54,250 bases of DNA, taken from Pseudomonas phage PP9W2. The notes below the pieces were generated by a model. That model made no database searches, was not told where the DNA came from, and saw only the letters and a program-made list of their open reading frames with translations. The DNA is taken from sequence record OM141125.2, one strand, 5' to 3'. Positions 18,637 through 28,295 of this stretch are shown piece by piece; positions within the stretch are counted from its first letter, which is position 1, and the number at the start of each line of letters is the position of its first letter. The translations under genes and the position numbers were made by a program.

Positions 18637-21600
18637 ATGTCTGTTGTGACCAAAAAGCGCCATCAGCCTTTGCGTGGAAGCAAGGGGGGCAGCTCCAAGC
18701 CGAAGCAGCCGCACATCGCCCAGAACGGCGTCGCATCGCTGTCCACTGCTCGGATCGTGTATCTCCTGAGCTGGGGGCCGATTGTTGGCCCAGTCAATGG
18801 ACTTAAGTCGATCAAGCTTGACGGTACTCCGATCCAGGCAGAAGACGGCACGCTGAACTACCCCGACGTGAAGTGGCAGTTTCGACCGGGCGAGTTAAAT
18901 CAGGAGCGACTGGAAGGTGTAGCGGAGTCCAGCAACGAGATTGCGGTGGGCCAGACCTTGCTCAGCACGCAGCCCTACATCTACACCGTCACGAACGCCA
19001 CGGCGGATGCGGTACGCGTGCGCCTGTCCTGGCCCAACCTGCAGGCGCAGGATTCGTCCGGGAACATCAATGGGGTGCGTATTGAGTACGCGATCGATGT
19101 CGCCACGGATGGCGCTCCTTACCAGACCGTACTCAGCACGTTTGTCGACCGGAAGAACGTTACGACTTACTACCGTTCTCATCGGATCAACCTGCCGGCA
19201 GGAGGGCACTGGGCGGTTCGCGTGCGGCGGATCACGCCGGAGGCGAACAGCTCTCTGGTCCAGGACACCATGGTGCTGACTGCGATAGCTGAAGTTGTCG
19301 ACAGCAACCAGGAGTTTCCGCTCACCGCCGTTGGCTGCGTGGAGTATGACGCCCAGCAGTTCGGGGGCGACTTTCCGAAGTTCTCTGCGCTCATGCGCGG
19401 GCGGATCGTGCGGGTTCCGATGAACTATGACCCTGAGACTCGGACCTATTTTACCGGCGGCCCCGGTACCACGAATGGCGTTTGGGACGGCACCTTCAAG
19501 GAGGCTTATTCCAACAATCCGGCCTGGGTTTTCTATGACCTGGTGTTGAACCCCTATTACGGCCTGGGTGAGCGCATCGACCAGAGCATGGTCAACCGTT
19601 GGGCCCTCTATCGCATTGCGCAGTACTGCGACCAGTTGGTGCCAGACGGGAAAGGCGGTCAAGAGCCTCGGTTCACTTGCAACCTCTATCTTCAGAAGCA
19701 AGAGGAGGCGTATGCCGTTCTTCAGGACCTCGCCGCAATCTTTCATGGGTTGGCGTTCTGGGATGGTAGCCAGATCACTGTCAACGCCGACATGCCTCAG
19801 GACCCGGTTTACACCTACACCACTTCGCAGATTCTGAACGATGGCGTGGTTGCGTATTCGGGGACGCGGACGCGAGACCGCCATTCGCTGGCGATGGTCT
19901 CTTGGGACAACCCGGCCAATGCGTTCGAGACAGACAAGGAGCCGGTCTTCGACGAGGATGCGATTATCGATCTTGGCGGGATCGTCAGAGAGGTCTCGGT
20001 CGGGGCTCTTGGCTGCACCAGTCAGGGTCAGGCGCAGCGGGCGGGGCAGTGGGCGCTGATGACTGAGCAGTTGCAGACGCGTGGCGCCGTCTGGAAGGTT
20101 GGCCTGGATGGATTCATCCCACGCCCTGGACAGGTGGTCGCTCTGGCAGACCCCATGCTTGCTGGTCGTGCGAATGGCGGCAGGATCTCGGCGGTATCTG
20201 GACGAGAAATCACCGTAGACCGAGATGTGGATATCCCGGTCGGCGCGCGGCTGCGAGTCAACCTGCCCAGTGGGCGCTCAGAAGCCAGGGCGATTCAAGG
20301 TCATGACGGACGCGTCATAACGGTGGTAGCCGACTTCAGTGAAGAGCCTTCCCCCGAGAGCGGTTGGGCGATCGACTACGACGACCTGGCCCTGATGCAG
20401 TTCTACGTCAAGAACGTGACCAGACCAAGTTGGGAGCAATTCCAGCTTGAGGTTATCCAGCACGAGCCCGGCAAGTTTGATGCGATCGATCACGGGGCGA
20501 TCATCGATTCTCGGCCGATCAGCGTCCTCCCGTCCGGGGTGCAGGATCCACCTGCACGCGTATTGATCTCGCAGCACATCGCGGTCGAGCAAGGCCTGGC
20601 GGTCACGATCATGACCATCGCCTGGGACGCGGCACCGGACGCGGTAGCGTACGACGTAGAGTGGCGCTGGGGCTCGCGCGAGTGGGTCAGGGTTCCGCGT
20701 ACGGGGGAGCTGATGGTGGAAGTACGCGGGGTATACACCGGCCAGTACCTTGCTCGCGTGCGGGCTGTGAACTCCATGAACGTGTCGTCGATCCCGGCGA
20801 ACTCGGTGTTGACCAACATCACCGGCAAGACCGGCGCGCCGCCGGCGTTGGCGTTCCTGCGTACCACCAGCGGACCGTGGAAGATCGGTCTGGAGTGGGG
20901 ATTCCCGGCCAGTGGCGCGGCGGACACCGCCTACACCGAGATCCAACAGTCGGTTACCCCGGGCGGCAGCGAACAGAACGCAACTGCCCTGGGCTTGTTC
21001 GCGTACCCGACCGACACCCACACGCTGACCTCGCTGGCGGCCGGCGCTCGCCTGGCCTTCCGCGGGCGGCTGATCGACCGGACCGGCAACGTCGGCCCCT
21101 GGTCGGCCTGGGTCGACGGTATCAGCTCGACGGATGCGAGCGAGTACAACGAACTGATCACCAAGGAGTACGTCGAGTCCGCGCTGGGCGAGCAGTTCTT
21201 CGCCGACATCGATCAGATGCAGGTCGATATCACTGGCCTGCAGGACCAGATCGACAATCTGACCGATGTGCTGGCCTACGACCCGACGAAGACCTACGCG
21301 AAGAACGATATCGTGCGGGTCGGCAACCGGCTGTATCAAGCGAAGCAGGCGGTGCCGCTCAACGCCTCGCCGCCGAACGCGACCTACTGGGCCGACATCG
21401 GACAGTCGATCGAGACGGCCAACGGCCTGGCCCAGCAGGTGTCCACCAACACCGCGGATATCACCGAGCTCGACGGTAAGGTCGAAGCGGCGGCTTCGAG
21501 CTTGGATGTTCTGCAGGCTGCCGCCCGCCGGGAGCCGGCGACCGGAGAGAAGGCCGACGCGCTGAAGGGCTGGGACACCATTGCTCGAGCCGCCACCGAA

Positions 21601-22344
21601 GTCACCGTGCGGGCGAACGAGGATGAAGCGCAGGCGAAGCGGACGAGCTTGCTTGAAGCGCGTACCGGGACCGCGGAGGGCAGGATCGCCACCGTGGAGT
21701 CGGTCGTTGCGTCGAACAATGCCGTGACCGTCCAGCGGCTGGACCAGCTATCCGGCCAGGTTGCGAGCAACGCCTCGGCCATCAGCACCGAACAGACCGT
21801 CCGCGCCAACGCGGACAGCGCCCTGGGGCAGCGGGTGGATACCGTCAGTGCGCGCACCGATACCAACGAGGCGAACATCCAGACCACATCTCAAGCGGTT
21901 ACCTCGCTGGATGGAAACGTCAAGGCGCTCTACAGCGTGAAGCTCCAGGCGCATGCCAATGGCCAGAAGTACGCCGCTGGCTGGCAACTGGGCTTCGACA
22001 GCGGTACGAGCGTGACGACCATGGCGTTCCAGGCTGATCGGTTCCTCTGGTTCAACAGTTCCAGCGGGCAGACAGTGGCGCCGGTCTCGATCGTCGGCGG
22101 CCAGATGTTCATCAACAACGCGATGATCCAGGATGGGTCAATCACCAATGCGAAGATCGGCAACGTGATCCAGTCGACCGCCCTCGGTGCCAACGGCGAG
22201 CCGCTGTGGAAGTTGGATAAGGGCGGCGCGTTCACAATGAACAGCGCAACGTCGGGAGGGTTTATGCGTCAGACGGCAGAGGCAATAAAAGTGTATGACG
22301 GAAACTTGGTGCTTCGAGTCCAGATCGGGAATCTTGATGTATGA
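18637..22344 (+). CDS. host specificity / central tail fibre protein J
   Basis: 1235 aa from the ATG with a GGAG RBS; lambda gpJ-like N-terminal two-thirds, fibronectin-like middle and a coiled-coil C-terminus. Confidence 0.8.
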   Translation: MSVVTKKRHQPLRGSKGGSSKPKQPHIAQNGVASLSTARIVYLLSWGPIVGPVNGLKSIKLDGTPIQAEDGTLNYPDVKWQFRPGELNQERLEGVAESSNEIAVGQTLLSTQPYIYTVTNATADAVRVRLSWPNLQAQDSSGNINGVRIEYAIDVATDGAPYQTVLSTFVDRKNVTTYYRSHRINLPAGGHWAVRVRRITPEANSSLVQDTMVLTAIAEVVDSNQEFPLTAVGCVEYDAQQFGGDFPKFSALMRGRIVRVPMNYDPETRTYFTGGPGTTNGVWDGTFKEAYSNNPAWVFYDLVLNPYYGLGERIDQSMVNRWALYRIAQYCDQLVPDGKGGQEPRFTCNLYLQKQEEAYAVLQDLAAIFHGLAFWDGSQITVNADMPQDPVYTYTTSQILNDGVVAYSGTRTRDRHSLAMVSWDNPANAFETDKEPVFDEDAIIDLGGIVREVSVGALGCTSQGQAQRAGQWALMTEQLQTRGAVWKVGLDGFIPRPGQVVALADPMLAGRANGGRISAVSGREITVDRDVDIPVGARLRVNLPSGRSEARAIQGHDGRVITVVADFSEEPSPESGWAIDYDDLALMQFYVKNVTRPSWEQFQLEVIQHEPGKFDAIDHGAIIDSRPISVLPSGVQDPPARVLISQHIAVEQGLAVTIMTIAWDAAPDAVAYDVEWRWGSREWVRVPRTGELMVEVRGVYTGQYLARVRAVNSMNVSSIPANSVLTNITGKTGAPPALAFLRTTSGPWKIGLEWGFPASGAADTAYTEIQQSVTPGGSEQNATALGLFAYPTDTHTLTSLAAGARLAFRGRLIDRTGNVGPWSAWVDGISSTDASEYNELITKEYVESALGEQFFADIDQMQVDITGLQDQIDNLTDVLAYDPTKTYAKNDIVRVGNRLYQAKQAVPLNASPPNATYWADIGQSIETANGLAQQVSTNTADITELDGKVEAAASSLDVLQAAARREPATGEKADALKGWDTIARAATEVTVRANEDEAQAKRTSLLEARTGTAEGRIATVESVVASNNAVTVQRLDQLSGQVASNASAISTEQTVRANADSALGQRVDTVSARTDTNEANIQTTSQAVTSLDGNVKALYSVKLQAHANGQKYAAGWQLGFDSGTSVTTMAFQADRFLWFNSSSGQTVAPVSIVGGQMFINNAMIQDGSITNAKIGNVIQSTALGANGEPLWKLDKGGAFTMNSATSGGFMRQTAEAIKVYDGNLVLRVQIGNLDV

Positions 22345-22628
22345 GTTACGGAATGAGAACGCGTTCGGCCGGCGGCTCAATACTCTTTGACAGCAACAAT
22401 TACTCATTGAGGATGGTCTATCGTCGGGACTTGGGGAACATTCCTCAGGGACTTTCAGTTACGGTCCCTGGGTTCGACGGTTCTAAAGGTGTCATGTTTG
22501 TCGTCTGCAATACGCCGGATTCTAGATCTTGGATTCCCAGGCATACCATTAGCGGCTCGACTATTGCGTTTGGTTGGTCCGGTGATGTAACAGCGAATTA
22601 CACTCTATATGCGGTGATGTTCTCATGA
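22341..22628 (+). CDS. hypothetical tail-distal protein
   Basis: 95 aa, about 50% GC; N-terminus MSYG... resembles that of the next ORF. Confidence 0.4.
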   Translation: MSYGMRTRSAGGSILFDSNNYSLRMVYRRDLGNIPQGLSVTVPGFDGSKGVMFVVCNTPDSRSWIPRHTISGSTIAFGWSGDVTANYTLYAVMFS

Positions 22629-23311
22629 GTTTCGGTGCGAAGTTTGTTGGGAATGCCGGTCAGGTGATAATCGATCAGGACCACCCTTGTCTGCATCTGG
22701 TTGCGTCTGGTACCTACCCAGCCACTAATGCCCAGATCATCAACGTCTCGTACCCATCTCCGGTGCAGAGCCCGCTCCCACCGTTTGTTTTCTTTTGCCC
22801 TAATGGTTCGCATCACATAACGATGTTCCAGCATGCTGGTTCGGCTGGGAACTGGACGGGTTTCAGCTTCTACGTGAAGGTATTTCAAGATACAAGGGGC
22901 GTCGTACTGGGAGGGAAGTGGAAGGCATGCGCGGTGTTCATGCCGAAAACTGGCGGATGGGGGATGCAGATATTCGACAATCAGTCGAGAGTGGTATTTG
23001 ACAGTAACAGGGATCTTGTTCGGTTCATAAGTGGTACCCAGATGCTGAATTATTACGGCACGAATGGTAACTATCTGGGGTATTACACCCTGCATTCATG
23101 GTCTGCACCGTGGCCGCATGGGACTGATGGGTATTTTCTGATTAGTCATTTCAATGTACAGGCGCAACCGCCCCAAGGTGATACTGGAGAGTGCTCCATT
23201 GGGTTTGTTACTTCGGCCCGAAACACAGTCGTAGCAACTGTTCAAGTCGGCGGACCTGGGCAAGACGCAATACGAACACCTTTCCCATGGCCTCTTCTGG
23301 CCATTGCATAG
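22625..23311 (+). CDS. hypothetical tail-distal protein (beta-rich)
   Basis: 228 aa, lower GC; N-terminus MSFG..AG..I.D paralogous to the preceding ORF. Confidence 0.45.
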   Translation: MSFGAKFVGNAGQVIIDQDHPCLHLVASGTYPATNAQIINVSYPSPVQSPLPPFVFFCPNGSHHITMFQHAGSAGNWTGFSFYVKVFQDTRGVVLGGKWKACAVFMPKTGGWGMQIFDNQSRVVFDSNRDLVRFISGTQMLNYYGTNGNYLGYYTLHSWSAPWPHGTDGYFLISHFNVQAQPPQGDTGECSIGFVTSARNTVVATVQVGGPGQDAIRTPFPWPLLAIA

Positions 23312-23323
23312 CAGGAGAACTCT

Positions 23324-24133
23324 ATGGCGTGGTACTCAACCGGAACCGTGGCGGTGACCGCAAATAGCCCGACCGTTACCGGTACCGGCACACAGTTCTC
23401 GTCCAATGCCCGAGTCGGCGACGCATTTCGCGGACCCGATGGACGTTGGTACGAGGTCACAAACGTCGCCAGTTCGACGGTCATCTCGATCAAGCCCAAC
23501 TACCAGGGCAGCACGGCCAGCGGCCAGGCCTATGCGGTGGCGCCGATCCTGGGCTACGACAAGGACCTGTCGGATCGATTCAACCTGATCGCCAACCAAT
23601 GGGGGGCAACCCTGGCGGGGATCAAGCCCTGGGCGCTTTCTGCAAATGCGGCGGCAGCGCGGGGGGATCTCGGCCTCGGCAGTGCGGCGGTACGGGAGGC
23701 GCTCGGTAGTTCGGGCGCGCTGTACTCTCGAGACAGCATTCTGGGCGCCGTTTCGCAGTCGAGCGGCGTACCGACCGGTGCGGTGATTGATCGCGGGAGT
23801 AACGCGAACGGGGAGTATGTGCGGTTCGCGGATGGGACGCAGATTTGTTGGACGAACACTCTCACCTTCACCGCTGGGGTCTCATCAGTCGGTGCGAACT
23901 GGTCGTACCCGGCGAGCTTTAGTTCCTCGTACCCCATCGCTGGGGCTGTCTCCGCTTCTGGTGCTGGTGGAGACTATGACTCTGGCGTGTCGGCGAGAAA
24001 CCAGGGAGCGACCTACTTCAATCCATCCGCGGGTACGTCTGGGGTGGGGTTCTTCTGCATATCGTCGGCATCATTCACGTCAGGCGCTCAGACTAGGAAT
24101 AACAGGGTCGTCGCCATCGGGAGGTGGTTCTGA
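23324..24133 (+). CDS. tail fibre protein
   Basis: MAWYSTGTVAVTANSPTVTGTGTQF N-terminus typical of side tail fibres; Gly/Ser-rich distal part. Confidence 0.55.
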   Translation: MAWYSTGTVAVTANSPTVTGTGTQFSSNARVGDAFRGPDGRWYEVTNVASSTVISIKPNYQGSTASGQAYAVAPILGYDKDLSDRFNLIANQWGATLAGIKPWALSANAAAARGDLGLGSAAVREALGSSGALYSRDSILGAVSQSSGVPTGAVIDRGSNANGEYVRFADGTQICWTNTLTFTAGVSSVGANWSYPASFSSSYPIAGAVSASGAGGDYDSGVSARNQGATYFNPSAGTSGVGFFCISSASFTSGAQTRNNRVVAIGRWF

Positions 24134-24435
24134 TGATCATCAAGTTGTCACCGTACGCACCACTGCCAGGCAGCGACGAGCACCTGTCGCTGAGCAGGGC
24201 TGGCGATGTACTCACCGTGAATGGCCAGGCGTTCGACTTCACACCGTTACCGGAGGGGGGCGAACTGCCGGCCGAGGCTATCGGGTCGGAGTGGTTCGCT
24301 GGTCCCGTACTGCGACGTGCCGGCCGGTTGGAGCTGATCCTGCGGTTCCCGCTGGCTGATGATGCCAGTGCCGCCGCTCGCTTCCCTGAACCGTTGCTGA
24401 TCGATACCGATGGACCTGTGGAGTTACCGCGATGA
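24133..24435 (+). CDS. tail fibre-associated protein (assembly chaperone?)
   Basis: Start overlaps the fibre gene stop; GGGAGGTGG RBS. Confidence 0.35.
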   Translation: MIIKLSPYAPLPGSDEHLSLSRAGDVLTVNGQAFDFTPLPEGGELPAEAIGSEWFAGPVLRRAGRLELILRFPLADDASAAARFPEPLLIDTDGPVELPR

Positions 24436-24671
24436 TCGACTGGAGCAAGGTAAAGGCCGCTGAACAGCAGGCGCAAGAGCGCAGGCAGGCTGAGTACGAT
24501 GCCGCAACCGCGGCGCGGGCAAATGCCTACCGCCTGGAGAGTGACCCGCTCAAGACCGAGGCCGAGTTCGACGCTATCAAGGCCGGCGTGGAACCGGACT
24601 ACAGCGCCTGGATCGCTAAGGTCGAAGAGATCAAGGCCAGGTATCCTCTGCCGGATCAGCTACCAGCCTGA
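24432..24671 (+). CDS. hypothetical protein
   Basis: 79 aa hydrophilic ORF that overlaps the previous stop. Confidence 0.35.
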   Translation: MIDWSKVKAAEQQAQERRQAEYDAATAARANAYRLESDPLKTEAEFDAIKAGVEPDYSAWIAKVEEIKARYPLPDQLPA

Positions 24672-24690
24672 CAACACCTATCGACGAACG

Positions 24691-24723
24691 AAAGCCCGCC
24701 CTGCGCGGGCTTCGTCGTTTTTG
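24691..24723 (+). terminator. rho-independent terminator
   Basis: aagcccgccctgcgcgggctt followed by cgtcgttttt. Confidence 0.5.
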
Positions 24724-24734
24724 GAGACCCGTAA

Positions 24735-25169
24735 ATGCGTACATCCCAACGAGGCATAGACCTCATCAAATCCTTCGAGGGCCTGCGCCTGTCCGCTTAC
24801 CAGGACTCGGTGGGTGTCTGGACCATTGGCTACGGCACCACGCGAGGCGTCACCCGCTACATGACGATCACCGTTGAGCAGGCCGAGCGGATGCTGTCGA
24901 ACGACCTTCGGCGCTTCGAGCCAGAGCTAGACAGGCTGGTGAAGGTGCCACTGAACCAGAACCAGTGGGATGCCCTGATGAGCTTCGTCTATAACCTGGG
25001 CGCAGCCAATCTTGCGTCGTCCACTCTGCTCAAGCTGCTGAACAAGGGTGACTACCAGGGAGCAGCGGACCAGTTCCCTCGCTGGGTGAATGCGGGTGGT
25101 AAGCGCTTGGACGGCCTGGTGAGGCGCCGAGCGGCGGAGCGTGCGCTGTTCCTGGAGCCGCTGTCGTGA
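24735..25169 (+). CDS. endolysin (GH24 lysozyme)
   Basis: GIDLIKSFEGLRLSAYQDSVGVWTIGYG with the catalytic Glu/Asp/Thr triad spacing of T4/lambda R-like lysozymes. Confidence 0.85.
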   Translation: MRTSQRGIDLIKSFEGLRLSAYQDSVGVWTIGYGTTRGVTRYMTITVEQAERMLSNDLRRFEPELDRLVKVPLNQNQWDALMSFVYNLGAANLASSTLLKLLNKGDYQGAADQFPRWVNAGGKRLDGLVRRRAAERALFLEPLS

Positions 25170-25534
25170 TCTCTTGGCGCTGGGCAACCATCGCGCTGGC
25201 CTGCCTGCTGCTGGTCGGCCTCGGCACCGCCGGCGGTGTCTGGCTCGGCGCGCGACACTACCGGCCGCAGTTGGATGCCGCGAGCGCGGATCTGGCTGCC
25301 TGCCGTGCCTCCCGGGGAGAGTTGGAGTCCGCAGTGGCAGAGCAGGTCCGGCAGGTTGCCGCGCTGCGCATGGCCGGCGAGCAGCGCGCCCGGGATGCCG
25401 CGCAGGCTGTGGAGCGGGGGCGGCAGCAGGCCGCGGAGCAGTATGCCGGAGCCCAACGCCTGCTGAGTCAGCGAACCGCCGGTGAGCAGTGTGCGGCCGC
25501 CGAGGCGGTCATCGATCAGGAGCTGGGTCTATGA
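25166..25534 (+). CDS. i-spanin (Rz-like)
   Basis: N-terminal TM helix followed by a periplasmic coiled coil; overlaps the endolysin stop. Confidence 0.6.
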   Translation: MISWRWATIALACLLLVGLGTAGGVWLGARHYRPQLDAASADLAACRASRGELESAVAEQVRQVAALRMAGEQRARDAAQAVERGRQQAAEQYAGAQRLLSQRTAGEQCAAAEAVIDQELGL

Positions 25535-25791
25535 GGGTGGTGCTGATGCTGATGATTGTCGCGCTGGTGGGATGCGCCGGCCGGCAGGAAGCCGAGCCGC
25601 GCACGGTGCGCGTAGAAGTTCCGGTGGCGGTGCCGTGCCGAGCGCCCGCGGTCGAGGTGCCGGCCTGGGCAGCGGCTGGGCTGCGGAAAGACGACGACCT
25701 ACAGACCAAGGTCCGTGCGCTGCTGGCCGAGCGGTTGCAGCGGATCGGGTATGAGGCGCAACTGCTTGCAGCCAACAGGGCATGCCAGTAG
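25531..25791 (+). CDS. o-spanin lipoprotein (Rz1-like)
   Basis: MRVVLMLMIVALVGCAG lipobox; Pro-rich; starts within the end of Rz. Confidence 0.55.
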   Translation: MRVVLMLMIVALVGCAGRQEAEPRTVRVEVPVAVPCRAPAVEVPAWAAAGLRKDDDLQTKVRALLAERLQRIGYEAQLLAANRACQ

Positions 25792-25826
25792 GAGTAGACT
25801 ACGGCCTTTTCCTACGGAGCTTGGTG

Positions 25827-26090
25827 ATGCTGGTGATTCGATTCAAGGGCTGGTCGGTGAAACTCGACCACCAGGTGGGCAGCGCTGGGAAACATGGCAT
25901 CTGGTCATTCCACGGCTCGGAGAGCAGCTACGTCCCAGACATGCAGACGATTCTCCGGCATGCTGCTATTCGGCCTGCGGAGCCGAAAGAAGGCGGGGAG
26001 GTCGAGGTATTCATCTGTGATTCGCGCATGCCGCAGGATGAGTGGCGGCCTGTCGGTAGCGGCGTTGCGGCCTACGAGTCGGACCGCTGA
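25827..26090 (+). CDS. hypothetical protein
   Basis: GGAG RBS; last ORF before the att junction. Confidence 0.35.
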   Translation: MLVIRFKGWSVKLDHQVGSAGKHGIWSFHGSESSYVPDMQTILRHAAIRPAEPKEGGEVEVFICDSRMPQDEWRPVGSGVAAYESDR

Positions 26091-26108
26091 ATGCTGGCCG
26101 TGACGGAA

Positions 26109-26150
26109 ACGTGAAGCACGGAAATGGAAAACGTGAAAAGGAATTTCACG
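26109..26150 (+). repeat. ACGTGAA direct/inverted repeats (putative integrase arm-type sites)
   Basis: ACGTGAA at 26109 and 26131, and an inverted TTCACG at 26145. Further copies at 26328, 26339 and 26353 on the other side of the core. Confidence 0.35.
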
Positions 26151-26218
26151 ATTGGCACAGTTTAAGTGATTGCGGTCGGCGTAAACTGTTGTAATATAAG
26201 CGCTTCTGAGGTGCGAGA

Positions 26219-26276
26219 CAGGATTTAGGTTCCAGCGCCGCAAGGCGTGAGAGTTCGAGTCTCTCCGTCCGCACCA
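26219..26276 (+). tRNA. partial tRNA (3-prime half, class II long variable arm, Leu-like, ends CCA) = att core
   Basis: T-arm gagagTTCGAGTctctc, acceptor 3-prime strand cgtccgc-a-CCA and variable-arm hairpin cgccgcaaggcg. No complementary 5-prime acceptor strand upstream. Confidence 0.55.
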
Positions 26277-26285
26277 CCTTCTAAA

Positions 26286-27395
26286 TCAAGTGTTTACGAG
26301 CTTCAGCGGCCCTCCATGTAGATACGCTGGATTATCAACGTGAACAGAACGTGAAATGCGACTTTCACGGACCTGATCAAGAACCCCTACAGCATCCCTT
26401 ACCCTGGCTGGAGCAAGATGGGCATATCGTTCAGTCATCGCGACTGTCGAGTGTCCGAGCAGATCCCGAACATCCGCCAACGGAACGCCGGCGCTGACCA
26501 GCCATGCCGCGCAGGTGTGGCGCAGGTCGTGAATCGTAAAGTCCGCAATCTTCGCTGCCTGGCAGGCCTGCTTGAAGCCGGCCGAAAGCGATACCACTCG
26601 ATCACCGTTAGCGCGCGCAAAGACCCAGGGGCATTCCGGGCTGGTCTCGGACCTGAATGCCATTCGTCGCTTTAGTGCTGCCATCGCCCCTTCGTTGATC
26701 GGGATGCTCCGGCGCTTGCCTGCCTTAGTGTGGGATGCCTCCAAGTAGATCAGTCGATTGGCGAAATCCACTCTGCGCCACTCCAGGCCAAGCATTTCCT
26801 CCCGCCGGCATCCGGTGTTTACCGCTAGGCGGATGAAATCCTCTAGCATCGGGCCAAACTTCTGGACGCGCGCGGCGCGGCACAGGGCCTCGACCTCCGC
26901 CCTGGTCAGCCAACGATCACGCCCCTCGGCCTCGCGCATCTTCCGCCCCTTCACCGGGTTAGGAAGGGCCCACTCCAGTTCTGTGTTGCAGTGGTTGATC
27001 GCCGCGGACAGTGCGGCGAGTTCTCGGTTGATGGTTGCCGGGGATGCGCCGGCATCCAACCGATGCGCTCCATATCCCCGGATGTCCTGGCCCCCTAGAT
27101 CGTTGACCACGCGTCCGGCAAAATACTCGCGCAGCGGCTTTATGCGGTGCACGGTCGTTTCGTAGCTGCGCTGATGCTGGCGAGCGTGCTGCAGGTACGG
27201 AATGATCACCTCCTCAAAGGTCCTGGGCGGATTCACGCCCATTTCCTTTTCCTTCCACGCTTTCGCGCGCTCCTGTTGCTCTAGTGCTTTCGCCGCCGAG
27301 TAGTCGGCAGTTCCAGAAGAGCGTCTAACAAGCTTTCCTGTTGCTGATTTGAAAGAGATCCACCAGTAGGCGGAGTCGTTTCTCTTGTACGGCAT
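26286..27395 (-). CDS. int: tyrosine integrase
   Basis: MPYKRNDSAYWWISF N-terminus and HDLRHTCAAWL...ERYAHL catalytic box; abuts the tRNA fragment. Confidence 0.9.
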   Translation of the reverse strand: MPYKRNDSAYWWISFKSATGKLVRRSSGTADYSAAKALEQQERAKAWKEKEMGVNPPRTFEEVIIPYLQHARQHQRSYETTVHRIKPLREYFAGRVVNDLGGQDIRGYGAHRLDAGASPATINRELAALSAAINHCNTELEWALPNPVKGRKMREAEGRDRWLTRAEVEALCRAARVQKFGPMLEDFIRLAVNTGCRREEMLGLEWRRVDFANRLIYLEASHTKAGKRRSIPINEGAMAALKRRMAFRSETSPECPWVFARANGDRVVSLSAGFKQACQAAKIADFTIHDLRHTCAAWLVSAGVPLADVRDLLGHSTVAMTERYAHLAPARVRDAVGVLDQVRESRISRSVHVDNPAYLHGGPLKLVNT

Positions 27396-27595
27396 ACTTC
27401 CTCCGGTACGCCGACCGCGTCGCGCATGCTAGCAGCGGCTTCCTCTTCAAGCATCTGTTCGAGCTTTTCCTTGTGGACGCGGATGGTCTTTTTGAACCTG
27501 ACCACTGGGATCAGCTTTTCGTCCGCGTAGCGGTACGCGGTCCTGCGGCTCACGCCGAGAATGCCGGCGGCCGCCTCAACTGAAATCAAAGACAT
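27281..27595 (-). CDS. xis: excisionase / AlpA-like HTH protein
   Basis: LISVEAAAGILGVSRRTAYRY..IPVVRFKKTIRV MerR-like Xis motif; overlaps the int 5-prime end. Confidence 0.55.
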   Translation of the reverse strand: MSLISVEAAAGILGVSRRTAYRYADEKLIPVVRFKKTIRVHKEKLEQMLEEEAAASMRDAVGVPEEVCRTRETTPPTGGSLSNQQQESLLDALLELPTTRRRKH

Positions 27596-27664
27596 AGCGA
27601 GACCTTGGCCGATCAACGGCATCGGGTTGGCGGTTAGAATTCGTGGAGGCTTGGCCGGGCTGGG

Positions 27665-28120
27665 CTACTTCGGTTGTTTCTGCTTGTTGCGGCGAGCGAT
27701 GATCAGTTGCTTGGACGCCGTGGCAACTCCCTTTACAACGTCTTCCGGGAGAAGCGCCTCATTGCAGTGCGGGCAAAGCGGAGCCATCTTCGTACTGCGC
27801 CACGCTTCGTCGATCACCTTGGCTGCCCGGCTGCGGATTGCAAACTGCTCTGCCTCATGAAGTTCTCGGCGGCGCCTGTTCAAGTCCTTCAAGCCGCCGT
27901 CGAATACCTGTACCAGGTGCATGAAGGCATCAAATGGCTCGACCTCAGTTTCACAATCGCTGCACCAGATGCGGCGCTCCTTTTCGTCGTAGACCATTTT
28001 CCTGTGACGGCAGGATGAAACGGGGCGTCGGGTAAGCCCTCGTGCCACCCGCAAGTCCTCGATCTGGACGACCTTTACGCCGTAAAGGTATTCATGGGGT
28101 TCAATGGGTGCGTCGCTCAT
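27665..28120 (-). CDS. hypothetical Cys-rich protein
   Basis: GGAGAG RBS; two CxxC pairs. Confidence 0.45.
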   Translation of the reverse strand: MSDAPIEPHEYLYGVKVVQIEDLRVARGLTRRPVSSCRHRKMVYDEKERRIWCSDCETEVEPFDAFMHLVQVFDGGLKDLNRRRRELHEAEQFAIRSRAAKVIDEAWRSTKMAPLCPHCNEALLPEDVVKGVATASKQLIIARRNKQKQPK

Positions 28121-28295
28121 TCAACTCTCCATACCGTTCTGCTTCAATTGGCTGGAAAACCACCATTGCCCATCGCCATCCATCCCAAGCAGCCTGGGTG
28201 TGGCTGTCCGAATATCGGATGTCTCCCTGGCTGTCCACGTAAGCGGACAGGTCGAATATGCCGGCCATGCGCTTCTCGAATTCCTCCCGTTTCAT
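28101..28295 (-). CDS. hypothetical protein (64 aa)
   Basis: Strong GGGAGGTGGGGAG RBS; ATGA overlap with the upstream gene. Confidence 0.4.
   Translation of the reverse strand: MKREEFEKRMAGIFDLSAYVDSQGDIRYSDSHTQAAWDGWRWAMVVFQPIEAERYGELNERRTH

Noticed and set aside
26219-26276. att fragment as tmRNA (ssrA) 3-prime end
   Set aside because: The T-arm/acceptor sequence does not match ssrA termini (GGTTCGA...CTCCACCA). A long variable-arm hairpin fits a class-II tRNA instead.
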